Shown here piece by piece: positions 50,938-59,455 of a stretch of DNA of 64,000 nt; the first letter of the stretch is position 1; each line of letters starts with the position of its first letter. Position numbers and translations under genes: made by a program. The DNA lies in NCBI GenBank assembly GCA_900542005.1, contig UQLW01000004.1:44361-108360 (forward strand). The letters are read 5' to 3'. The DNA is from an uncultured Eubacteriales bacterium (GTDB lineage: Bacteria; Bacillota; Clostridia; Christensenellales; UMGS416). The notes below the pieces were generated by a model. It searched no databases. It saw only the letters and a program-made list of their open reading frames with translations, and was not told the DNA's origin.

Positions 50938-52389
50938 CTATGGATTCGAGGTGGGTCCGCCGTCCTGTGGCTCCGTCGCTTCCGCCGTCGACTCTGTGGT
51001 TGACGTGGTCTGTGACGGTGTGGTGGTCTGCGACGGCGTCGTGCTGCTCGTGGTGGTCTGCGACGGTGTGGTGGTCTGCGACGGCGTTGTGCTGCTTGTG
51101 GTGGTCTGCGACGGCGTGGTCGTCTGCGACGGTGTGGTGCTGCTCGTGGTCGTTTGCGTCGGCGTGGTCGTCTCCTCCACCGTTATGGTGCAGGTCGCCG
51201 TCTTCCCGCCGTCGTTGCTTTTCACGGTAATGACCGCCTTACCGGGGCCCACCGCCGTCACCAGGCCGTTGCTGCTGACCGTCGCCACATTTTTGTCGGA
51301 GCTGGACCAGGCCACCGAGTCATCCACCGCGTCCGACGGCGAAATCGTCGCCCGCAACTGCAGGGTTTCGCCCGCCTTCAGCGTGCCGGAGGCCGCGCTG
51401 AGCTTTACCGAGGAAACGTGGGTCCATCCGTTCCGATAGGGGTTCTCCGGATCCGGGTCTGTAGGATCCCAGCCATAGTTACCGCTGGAATAGGGCGCCT
51501 TTCGGATGATCGCGGGCTTGCTGCCGCTGCCCACCGGGCTCTTGGAGGAGGTTACAATAACGCGGGTGCCGATCTTGCAGTTATCATAGATCCATTTGGC
51601 ATCCTTCACCAGCAGGCGGACGCAGCCATGGGAGGCCGCCCGGCCCAGCTTGGCATAGGAGGTCAGGTTCATCAGCTTCTTACCCTGGTCGACGGTGCTG
51701 GCTGATTCAAGGATCGGGACGGAATGGAACAGGATACCGCCGTTAAACCGGGAGCAATACTGGCCGCGGGCGCCCTCCAGCCTGTGGTACCGTATCTTCT
51801 GGGAGATCTTGAAGGTGCCGTTGGGCGTGGGGCCCGAGGAACCGGTGGAGCAGATCATCTTCCGCACCGGCTTGCTGGCGTCATAGTTGCCGTTTTTATC
51901 GGCTTCATAGGCCACCACCGTCTGGGTTCCGCCTTTATACACCACCAGCACATAGCTGCCGCTGCCCGTAGTCGTCGAGGAGGAGGTGGGCTTGGGCGAG
52001 ACCGAAGCGGTAGCCGAAGCGGACGCCGTAGGCGACAGCGAAGGCTTGGGCGTCAGCCCACCGGTAAGCATGGCGGAGGATACGGCGCTGCTCAGCGCCG
52101 GCGTGGTTTGTTCTTCCCCTGTCGTGCTTTCGGCCTCCGTCTGCTCCTGGGTCGTCGTTACCGCCAGCTCCACCGGAGGCGAGCTGGGCTCGGGCTGGGT
52201 CTCCACAAGATCCAGCGAGCCGTTGGCCGCACCCCTGCGCAGCCCCTGGGCCAGGGCTACCACGCAGATGACCATCACCACCAGGCAGGCGGCGGCGATG
52301 GCGATAATCTGCCCGCGGTTCTTCTTTTCCTTAAAGTAGCCCTGTATTTCCTTGATCTTTGATTCTTCGCGTTCGTTTTCCTTCTTCAT
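50938..52389 (-). CDS. membrane-anchored L,D-transpeptidase (YkuD) with Big_2 domain and C-terminal Thr/Ser/Pro-rich repeats
   Basis: N-terminal TM anchor. YkuD core ...GILFHSVP...ASHGCVRL... Ig-like ...SVKLSAASGTLKAGETLQLRATISPSDA...SSDKNVATVSSNGLVTAVGPGKAVITV... Tail (TTTSSTTPSQTTTPSQ)x3. Confidence 0.9.
   Translation of the reverse strand: MKKENEREESKIKEIQGYFKEKKNRGQIIAIAAACLVVMVICVVALAQGLRRGAANGSLDLVETQPEPSSPPVELAVTTTQEQTEAESTTGEEQTTPALSSAVSSAMLTGGLTPKPSLSPTASASATASVSPKPTSSSTTTGSGSYVLVVYKGGTQTVVAYEADKNGNYDASKPVRKMICSTGSSGPTPNGTFKISQKIRYHRLEGARGQYCSRFNGGILFHSVPILESASTVDQGKKLMNLTSYAKLGRAASHGCVRLLVKDAKWIYDNCKIGTRVIVTSSKSPVGSGSKPAIIRKAPYSSGNYGWDPTDPDPENPYRNGWTHVSSVKLSAASGTLKAGETLQLRATISPSDAVDDSVAWSSSDKNVATVSSNGLVTAVGPGKAVITVKSNDGGKTATCTITVEETTTPTQTTTSSTTPSQTTTPSQTTTSSTTPSQTTTPSQTTTSSTTPSQTTTPSQTTSTTESTAEATEPQDGGPTSNP
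51007..51175. repeat. 48-bp in-frame tandem repeat, ~3.5 copies
   Basis: Units at 51007-51054, 51055-51102 and 51103-51150 differ at only a few positions. A partial fourth unit follows. Confidence 0.85.
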
Positions 52390-52532
52390 TGAGCTCCTCC
52401 GGCGGAATGTGATCTATTCAATGGCGTATTACCATGGTACAATAATCCTAAATAGGATGCAATCCTTAAAAAATGCATTTCTCGAAATACCCGGCCCATC
52501 GAAGCTATGGGGCTGACCGGAGGCCTACATAT

Positions 52533-52913
52533 ATGATTAGACGCTTCTCCCCCCTAATAAAATCCATTCTTACCAGCTTTCTTTGTTTTTCTTTCGACTA
52601 TGCGCTGCTCTATGCGCTGACCGAGTTCTGCGGGCTTTACTATCTTGTTTCCGCCGCGCTCTCCTTCGCCGCGGCCAACACGCTCAATTTCTATCTTTGC
52701 GCCCGTTGGGTGTTTCCCGGCGGGCTCTCCGGCGGCCGGCAGTACGCCGCCTTCCTGGCTGTCGGCGCGGTGGGGCTGGCGCTCAATACGGCCCTTATGG
52801 CGCTTTTCACCTCGGCGCTGTGCTGGCATTACATGCTCTCCAAGGTCGCCTCAGGGTGCCTTGTCTTTTTCTGGAACTACCTAATGCGCCGCCACGCCAT
52901 CTTTAAGGCGTAG
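52533..52913 (+). CDS. GtrA family membrane protein
   Basis: 126 aa with 4 TM segments. ...FDYALLYALTEFCGLYYLVSAALSFAAANTLNFYLCARWVF... and ...FFWNYLMRRHAIF... GGAGG RBS. Confidence 0.8.
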   Translation: MIRRFSPLIKSILTSFLCFSFDYALLYALTEFCGLYYLVSAALSFAAANTLNFYLCARWVFPGGLSGGRQYAAFLAVGAVGLALNTALMALFTSALCWHYMLSKVASGCLVFFWNYLMRRHAIFKA

Positions 52914-52931
52914 CATCTACCCCGGGAGCAA

Positions 52932-52969
52932 GGAAACCGCCTGAAAGGCTTCAGGCGGTTTCCTTTTTT
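52932..52969 (+). terminator. rho-independent terminator (also serves the convergent gene)
   Basis: GGAAACCGCCTGA-aagg-cTTCAGGCGGTTTCC followed by TTTTTT. Confidence 0.8.
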
Positions 52970-52989
52970 ATGCCCCCACCGGGCGCGTC

Positions 52990-53886
52990 CTAGGCCTCCC
53001 GGTAAAGCCGCAGCAGGTTCTCAAAGCTCAGCGCCGTACCGTATTCGCAGTCTTCAATGCCCTCGTACTCCACGAAAAAGTTTCCGTCAAAGCCGCTGCC
53101 CTTGATGACCGACAGGATCCGGCGGATATCCAGGTCTCCCTGGCCGACGATCGAGCCGCGCAGGTAGTCCTGGCGCACCGTGCGCAGCCAGGGCCGCCCG
53201 TGGCGCCCTGCCTCCACATAGCCGGGATCCTGGTCGCGGCTGCGGCGGTAGAAGTCCTTCATGTGGATGACGGCGGCATAGCCCACATTCTTCTCCACGG
53301 CGATTTCCGGCCGTTCATCCACGCAGGCAAAGTTCCCTACGTCCAGCTGCGCGCCAAAGTTGTATCCCTTCATGGCGTGAAGGATCGCCGCCGTGCGCTC
53401 GGAACCATTGACAAAATACATATGGTTCTCCAGCAGGATCTTAAAGCCATAGCGCTGGGCATAGTCGCACAGCCGCTTATAGGTGTCCACGATCAGCGGG
53501 AAGTCTTCGATAAAGTCCTCGGTGGTGGCTTCTTCGGCCGGGCGGCGGACAGAATTCATATCAATGCGCATGGTCGACACGCCAAGCCGGCCGGCGATAT
53601 CGATCGCCTCCTTCACCCGCTTCAGCTCCGCCTCATAGGCGTCCTGCGGGATTCGGAGGAACACCGCGTTCTGGGAAAAATTATCGATTTTGACGCCGCT
53701 GTCATCGGCCGCCCGCAGGCAGCGGTCCACCAGCGAGGGATCCGCAGCCATATCGATCACAAAGGGCACGATTTCCGTGACTTCCGCACCCCTGGACCCA
53801 ATCCAGGCAATCGCCTGTTCCGGCGTCCATTCGCCTTCCTCAATGCGGGTACGGATGCTGTATGTGCTGATTCCAAACTTCGGCAT
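52990..53886 (-). CDS. sugar phosphate isomerase/epimerase (xylose isomerase-like TIM barrel)
   Basis: ...GAEVTEIV...VSTMRIDM...FKILLENHMYF...VIHMKDF...FFVEYEG... ATG 53886 has an AAGGAGG RBS. The ORF extends to 54021. Confidence 0.85.
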   Translation of the reverse strand: MPKFGISTYSIRTRIEEGEWTPEQAIAWIGSRGAEVTEIVPFVIDMAADPSLVDRCLRAADDSGVKIDNFSQNAVFLRIPQDAYEAELKRVKEAIDIAGRLGVSTMRIDMNSVRRPAEEATTEDFIEDFPLIVDTYKRLCDYAQRYGFKILLENHMYFVNGSERTAAILHAMKGYNFGAQLDVGNFACVDERPEIAVEKNVGYAAVIHMKDFYRRSRDQDPGYVEAGRHGRPWLRTVRQDYLRGSIVGQGDLDIRRILSVIKGSGFDGNFFVEYEGIEDCEYGTALSFENLLRLYREA

Positions 53887-54009
53887 GCGTAAAACCTCCT
53901 TCTTTGTTCTATGCTCAATATAAGTGCGGAAATTCTTAAACTCCATAGACCAAAGTGACCTGTTCCAGCGCCGCTTTCTGTGACATGCTCCAAAATGTTG
54001 GTTAGCTAG

Positions 54010-54093
54010 TTTACTAATCATTGTTTTTCCCCTATAATTGTATAGATTAAGATTCTATAAAGATTTTTGGCTATCCATTAAGATTCAATAAAA
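54010..54093 (+). promoter_or_regulatory. promoter plus two 17-nt direct repeats upstream of the DUF1538 gene
   Basis: TTTACT (54010-54015), 17 nt spacer, TATAAT (54033-54038). ATTAAGATTCTATAAAG (54046-54062) and ATTAAGATTCAATAAAA (54077-54093) are repeated with a 31-bp period. Confidence 0.45.
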
Positions 54094-54114
54094 AAACGGA
54101 AACGGAGGGATGAA

Positions 54115-55647
54115 ATGGGCAAGAAACTGCTGGAAAAGCTGAAGGAGGCGCTGCTTTCGGTCATGCCGATCCTGGTCATTGTCCTCGCGCTGCATTTCAC
54201 CATCGCCCCCCTGTCCGGCTCTGTGCTGGCGCTTTTTGCGGTGGGATCGGTCTTTCTGGTGCTGGGGATGAGCCTTTTCACCCTGGGCGCCGATATGGCG
54301 ATGATCCCCATGGGCGAGAAGGTGGGCGAGCAGCTGACCAAATCCAGGAAGGTCTTGGCAATCGGCGCCGTATGCTTTATCATTGGCGTCATGGTTACGA
54401 TTGCCGAGCCGGACCTCACGGTATTGGCCAACCAGGTGCCGGCCATCCCCAATCCGGTGCTGATCTGGACGGTAGCGGCAGGCGTGGGCTTTTTCCTGGT
54501 GGTTGCGCTGCTGCGCATGCTCTTCCAGATCAAGCTGTCCTATATGCTGCTGGGGTTTTACGGGCTGGTCTTTCTTCTGGCCATCTTCGCGCCCAATGAG
54601 TTCCTGCCGGTGGCCTTCGACTCCGGCGGCGTAACCACCGGCCCCATTACCGTCCCCTTTATCATGGCCCTGGGCATCGGTATGGCTGCGGTACGCGGCG
54701 ACCAGGCCTCGGAGCAGGACAGCTTTGGCCTGGTGGCCCTCTCCTCCATCGGCCCCATTCTGGCCGTGCTCATCCTGGGCATGGTCTATTCCGGCGAGGG
54801 AAGCTATACGCCCCTGTCCATCCCCGAGGTGTCCGGCGCCGGCCAGCTGCTGTCCCTGTTTTTCGACGAGCTGCCCCATTATGCCCGTGAGGTGGCCCTG
54901 GCGCTGCTGCCCATGACAGCCTTCTTCTTCCTCTTTCAGGCCTTTGCCATCCGCATGCACCGCCGTCCGCTGATCCGGATCATTGTCGGCATTGTCTACG
55001 CCTACGCGGGCCTGGTGCTGTTCCTCACCGGCGTCAACGTGGGCTTCATGCCGGTCGGCAATTTCCTGGGCGGCCAGATCGCCCTGACGGACTTGCGCTG
55101 GGCGCTGATCCCCATCGGTATGATCATCGGCTATTTCATCGTGGCCGCCGAACCGGCCGTCCATGTGCTCAAGGAGCAGGTGGAGGAGATCACCGGCGGC
55201 ACCATTTCCAAGGCCACGCTGCAGGTAGGGCTTTCATTGGGCGTCGCCGCGGCCCTGGGGCTGTCCATGGCCCGCATCCTGTATGGCTTCTCCATCTGGT
55301 GGCTGCTGGTGCCCGGATACGGTCTGGCCATGGCGCTGACCTTCTTTGTACCGGAGATCTTTACGGCCATCGCCTTTGACTCCGGCGGCGTAGCCTCCGG
55401 CCCGATGACCGCCACCTTCCTTCTGCCCTTTGCCATGGGCGTATGCGACGCGGTAGGGGGCAATATCCTGACCGACGCCTTCGGCATCGTGGCGATGGTC
55501 GCCATGGCGCCCCTTATTACCATCCAGATCCTGGGCCTGATTTACCGCATCAAGATGCGCCGGGCCCGTACCCGCCAGGCGGCTGCCGTGGAGGCGGAGA
55601 TCATTGAATTTTCCGGGGAGGATTTCGATGCAGAGCACACATCCTAG
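54115..55647 (+). CDS. DUF1538 domain-containing integral membrane protein (two internal repeats)
   Basis: 510 aa and polytopic. ...FDSGGVTTGPITVPFIMALGIG... in the first half and ...FDSGGVASGPMTATFLLPFAMG... in the second. Confidence 0.85.
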   Translation: MGKKLLEKLKEALLSVMPILVIVLALHFTIAPLSGSVLALFAVGSVFLVLGMSLFTLGADMAMIPMGEKVGEQLTKSRKVLAIGAVCFIIGVMVTIAEPDLTVLANQVPAIPNPVLIWTVAAGVGFFLVVALLRMLFQIKLSYMLLGFYGLVFLLAIFAPNEFLPVAFDSGGVTTGPITVPFIMALGIGMAAVRGDQASEQDSFGLVALSSIGPILAVLILGMVYSGEGSYTPLSIPEVSGAGQLLSLFFDELPHYAREVALALLPMTAFFFLFQAFAIRMHRRPLIRIIVGIVYAYAGLVLFLTGVNVGFMPVGNFLGGQIALTDLRWALIPIGMIIGYFIVAAEPAVHVLKEQVEEITGGTISKATLQVGLSLGVAAALGLSMARILYGFSIWWLLVPGYGLAMALTFFVPEIFTAIAFDSGGVASGPMTATFLLPFAMGVCDAVGGNILTDAFGIVAMVAMAPLITIQILGLIYRIKMRRARTRQAAAVEAEIIEFSGEDFDAEHTS

Positions 55648-56341
55648 CATAGAGCCGCTGCGGCTCATGGTGGCCATCATGGAGCGGGGGCGCGGCGAAC
55701 AGATCGCCAGCCTTTTCCCGCCCGATCACACGCCGCTTTTGCTGGTGCTGTTGGGAAGGGGCACGGCGAAAAGCGAGCTGCTGGACTATCTTGGCCTGGA
55801 GCGCACCCAAAAGGACATCGTCCTTACCCTGCTTCCCCAGCAGGCCGCCGGCCCCTTCCTGCGCCGTATGGCCCATGACCTGCATATGGGCCGCCCCGGC
55901 GGGGGCATCGCCTTCACAATCCCGCTGACCAGCATCACCCGCTCGGCCGTCAAGGCGGCCATGGACCCGGCGTCCCCGACGCCCGACAGGGAAAAGGATG
56001 AATCCATGAAAACCGAGGAAAAATACGAGCTCATCATGGTCGTAGCCCATCATGGCTACAGCGACCCCATTATGGATACGGCGCGCGCCGCCGGGGCCAC
56101 CGGGGGCACGGTGCTTCACGCCCGGGCCCTTGGCTCAGGCGAGGCCCAGCGCTTTATCAAAATCACCATTCAGCCGGAGAAGGAGCTCATCATGATCCTC
56201 ACGGCGCAGGGCGACCGCGCCAGGATCATGCAGGCCATCTGCGCTATGCCCGACTTCACCACCCGGGCCAAGGGCATGATCTTCTCTGTGCCGGCCGGGC
56301 ATGTGGTGGGCCTGGGCCCTGCCCAGACGGAAGCCCCCTAA
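55628..56341 (+). CDS. tandem P-II-like signal-transduction protein
   Basis: Two P-II-like halves (...LRLMVAIMERGRGEQI... and ...YELIMVVAHHGYSDPIMDTARAAGATGGTVLHARALG...). ATG 55628 follows GGAGG and overlaps the DUF1538 3' end by 20 nt. Confidence 0.75.
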   Translation: MQSTHPSIEPLRLMVAIMERGRGEQIASLFPPDHTPLLLVLLGRGTAKSELLDYLGLERTQKDIVLTLLPQQAAGPFLRRMAHDLHMGRPGGGIAFTIPLTSITRSAVKAAMDPASPTPDREKDESMKTEEKYELIMVVAHHGYSDPIMDTARAAGATGGTVLHARALGSGEAQRFIKITIQPEKELIMILTAQGDRARIMQAICAMPDFTTRAKGMIFSVPAGHVVGLGPAQTEAP

Positions 56342-56356
56342 GCCGCCCGCCCCATG

Positions 56357-56405
56357 AAACAGGCGTCCGGGACCTGCAAAGCAGGTTTCGGACGCCTGTT
56401 TTATT
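56357..56405 (+). terminator. rho-independent terminator (compound hairpin)
   Basis: AAACAGGCGTCCG...CGGACGCCTGTTT followed by TATT. An inner stem ACCTGC/GCAGGT is present. Confidence 0.75.
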
Positions 56406-56437
56406 GATTTCCCAAATCCCTTGTCCCAATGGGGGCC

Positions 56438-57025
56438 CTATGCCTCGCTCACATAGAGCGCGCGTCCCCTGTGGCGGGGTTTGATGGCGGGATATTCCCC
56501 CTCCACATAGCCCAGGCAGACAAATACCATGGGCGCATACTGCTCCTCCAGGCCCCACCGGCGCAAAAGCGCCTGCAGCTCAGGCCGGGCAAAGGTCGCC
56601 TCCGCCCGGCCGACAATGCAGCTGGACACGCCCAACGCATAGGCCTCCAGGACCATATTCTCCGCGCAGACAAAGGCCGCGCCAATGCCGTTCACCGTAT
56701 GGCGGGAAGCTTCCGGCACGCATACGATCCCCAGCGCCGGGCATTGATAAAATCCGCTGCGGATTGTCCTGTCATCTATAATCGAGGGCTGGTCGGTGGA
56801 AACGCCCCGGTCCCAGTTGCGGTTTTCGCAGTCCGCGTTGATCACGCCAATCCTGTCGATCAGGGCAGCGTCATCCAGCATTATGATCTTTGACCCCTGC
56901 CGGCCGCCGGGATTGGGCGCATAGAGCCCTGCCTCCTGGATCTTCTCCAGCTTTTCCCTTTCCACCCGCGCGGCGCGGTACTTGCGGATCGACCTTCTGC
57001 GCATCATCATCTCCAGCATGTCCAT
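56438..57025 (-). CDS. nitroreductase family protein
   Basis: ...MRRRSIRKYRAARVEREKLEKIQEAGLYAPN... (nitroreductase N-terminal signature). 195 aa. Confidence 0.85.
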   Translation of the reverse strand: MDMLEMMMRRRSIRKYRAARVEREKLEKIQEAGLYAPNPGGRQGSKIIMLDDAALIDRIGVINADCENRNWDRGVSTDQPSIIDDRTIRSGFYQCPALGIVCVPEASRHTVNGIGAAFVCAENMVLEAYALGVSSCIVGRAEATFARPELQALLRRWGLEEQYAPMVFVCLGYVEGEYPAIKPRHRGRALYVSEA

Positions 57026-57132
57026 TGGATATCCCTCCCCTTGAGTTTTGGGCTGATGGTTATCCTTATTTTCGCTGATGCTCCGCCTTGCTGCAAGTAC
57101 GCACCTTTTTGTGACCGGGCCCAGGCTGCGGC

Positions 57133-59283
57133 TTATGCGTCCTCCAGCTTCAAGCTGCCCTCCACGCGGAATACCGTGGTCAGCGCCTTATAGCCCGCCA
57201 GCCTGGCGCTGAGCCCGTCGCCGTTGTGGCCACCCACCCACAGGCGGTATTGCCCCTCCTCCAGCCATACCTCGCCGTCATCGTGCACACAGGCCATATC
57301 CTCCGGCTCCAGCACAAAGGTCACCTTCATTTTGTCGCCAGGCTCCAAATAAAGGCTCCTGAAGCCCTTCAAGGCCCGCAGGGGCTGGCCGTCCGCGCCC
57401 TGAGGGCCGGCCATATAGAGCTGCGCCGTCTCCCAGCCGCCGGTTTCGCCGCGGTTGGCGACGGTTACCGTGCAGGTAAGCTCTTCGCCTGCCCTGAGGC
57501 TCCCGCTGGATATCTTCAGCTGGCTATAGCCAAAGCGCGTATAGGAGAGGCCATAGCCAAAGGGGTATAGCGGCTCCTCGGTCAGATAGCGGTAGGTCCG
57601 TCCCCGCATGGAGTAATCGGTGAAATCCGGGACCTGGGAGAGGTCCTTATAGAAGGTGATGGGCAGCCGGCCGGAGGGATTATTCAGCCCCAGCAGCGTT
57701 TCGGCTACGGCCAGGCCGCCGTACTGGCCGGGATACCAGGCCTGCAGGATGGCCGCGCACCTTTCCTGCGCAGGCGCCAGCTCCACGGCCGAGCCGGTCA
57801 TATTCACCAGGATCACCGGGCGGCCGGCGCCGGCTACAGCCTCCAGCAGCCGCTGCTGCATCTCCGGCAGGGCCAGGCTCGTCTTGTCGCCGTCCCCCGC
57901 GTCGCCCTCCTCGCCTTCCATGGTGGCGTCCAGGCCCGTGACCAGGATCACCACGTCGGCCAGCGAGGCGCAGGTGATGGCCTCCGCCAGGCCGGCCCCG
58001 GGCCGCTCGCCCCATGCCTCCTGATCCGGCTTGCCGGAAAGGGTGCAGCCCGGGGCATACAGCACCCGCGCCCCCGGGCAGAGGGCCTTGACTCCCTGCA
58101 GCACCGTGTAGCATTCCGATGGCTTGCCGTTATAATTGGCCGTCAGCGCCGGGATATGGTCGGCGTTGGGCCCGATAACGGCCACCGTGCGCAGCCGGTC
58201 CCGGTTCAGCGGCAGCAGGCCGTCGTTCTTCAGCAGCACCAGGCTGCGGCGGGCCGCCTCCAGGGCCAGCTCGTGGTGTTCCTCGCAATCGTTCACCTCA
58301 AAGGGGATGGCCGCATAGGGCACATGGGCGTCATCGTCAAACATGCCCAGCTTCATCCGGGCAAGGATCAGCCGGCGGCAGGACTCGGTAATAGCCGCCT
58401 CGTCGATGAGCCCCCGCTCTACCGCCTCCTGCAGCTTGGCAAAGACCGCGCCGCAGCACAGGTCGCAGCCGTTTTTCACCGCCATCGCCGCCGATTCGGC
58501 GCCGTCGGCCGTAACCTTGTGGTGCTGGTCGAAGTCCTCCACCGCGCCGCAGTCGCTGACCACATATCCCTTAAAGCCCCACTTTTTCCGCAGGATATCC
58601 TGAAGCAGCGTCCGGGAGCCGCAGGCCGGCTCACCGTTCACCCGGTTATAGGCCCCCATCACCGAGTAAGCCCCCGCCTTCACGCAGGCCTTAAAGGCCG
58701 GCAGGTAGGTCTCCTTCATATCCTTGAGAGAGACCTGCACATCCATCTCATGGCGCAGCTTTTCCGGTCCCGAGTGCACGGCAAAATGCTTGACTGTGGC
58801 CACCGCCTTCAGGTATTTGGGGTCATCGCCCTGCAGCGCCCGGCAAAAAGCGGCGCCCAGGCGGGCGGTCAGCACCGGATCCTCGCCATAGGTCTCATGG
58901 CCCCTCCCCCAGCGGGGATCCCGGAAGATGTTGATATTGGGCGTCCAGAAGGTCAGCCCCTTATAGATGCCAAAATCCCCCTGCCGGGCGGCGGCATGGT
59001 GCTTGGCCCTGGCCTCGTCAGAGATGGCGGCGGCTACCCGGGCCAGCAGCTCCTCGTCAAAGGCCGCGGCCATGGCGATGGCCTGGGGGAATACGGTGGC
59101 GGTGCCGTTGCGGGCCACGCCGTGCAGGCATTCGTTCCACCAGTTATAGTCCTCCAGGGCAAACCGGGGCAGCGCCGTGGACATATATCCCATCTGGCTG
59201 ATCTTCTCCTCCAGGGTCATCCTCGATACGAGATCCTGGGCGCGTTCTTCAAAGGTCAAGCTTTCATCCTGCCATGGCTGCAT
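57133..59283 (-). CDS. glycoside hydrolase family 3 (beta-glucosidase/beta-xylosidase type)
   Basis: ...LTLEEKISQM...WWNECLHGVA...TVFPQAIAMAAAFD...KHFAVHSGPE...GYVVSDCGAV... plus a C-terminal fibronectin-like domain. ATG 59283 has an AAGGAG RBS. The ORF extends to 59529. Confidence 0.93.
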   Translation of the reverse strand: MQPWQDESLTFEERAQDLVSRMTLEEKISQMGYMSTALPRFALEDYNWWNECLHGVARNGTATVFPQAIAMAAAFDEELLARVAAAISDEARAKHHAAARQGDFGIYKGLTFWTPNINIFRDPRWGRGHETYGEDPVLTARLGAAFCRALQGDDPKYLKAVATVKHFAVHSGPEKLRHEMDVQVSLKDMKETYLPAFKACVKAGAYSVMGAYNRVNGEPACGSRTLLQDILRKKWGFKGYVVSDCGAVEDFDQHHKVTADGAESAAMAVKNGCDLCCGAVFAKLQEAVERGLIDEAAITESCRRLILARMKLGMFDDDAHVPYAAIPFEVNDCEEHHELALEAARRSLVLLKNDGLLPLNRDRLRTVAVIGPNADHIPALTANYNGKPSECYTVLQGVKALCPGARVLYAPGCTLSGKPDQEAWGERPGAGLAEAITCASLADVVILVTGLDATMEGEEGDAGDGDKTSLALPEMQQRLLEAVAGAGRPVILVNMTGSAVELAPAQERCAAILQAWYPGQYGGLAVAETLLGLNNPSGRLPITFYKDLSQVPDFTDYSMRGRTYRYLTEEPLYPFGYGLSYTRFGYSQLKISSGSLRAGEELTCTVTVANRGETGGWETAQLYMAGPQGADGQPLRALKGFRSLYLEPGDKMKVTFVLEPEDMACVHDDGEVWLEEGQYRLWVGGHNGDGLSARLAGYKALTTVFRVEGSLKLEDA

Positions 59284-59455
59284 GCAAATCGTCTCCTTTG
59301 CTTCGTTCTCCCGCCGGGGCGGATATGGGGGATGGCCCCTCCTTCGCCGACATATTGTGTTAGGAATCATTATACCATGATTTTTCCTGAAAAAAGCTCT
59401 GTCGCTTTTTTCGACAAGCTGGTACAATGAAAAAAACAGGTAAGGAGGAAGCAGT

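Noticed and set aside
50933-51439. Repetitive VVCDGVV… ORF and the possibility that the 48-bp repeats are a CRISPR-like or other non-coding array
   Set aside because: The repeats are contiguous with no unique spacers. They are in frame with the L,D-transpeptidase and encode a Thr/Ser/Pro stalk. The plus-strand ORF is just their antisense translation.
54085-55164. 359-aa His/Gly/Gln/Asp-rich minus-strand ORF (and 55601-56119) antisense to the DUF1538/P-II genes
   Set aside because: Its extreme low complexity mirrors the hydrophobic codons of the sense membrane protein. It has no start context.
58156-59430. 424-aa plus-strand ORF antisense to the GH3 gene
   Set aside because: The GH3 identity on the minus strand is unambiguous, and the antisense frame has no recognisable domain.
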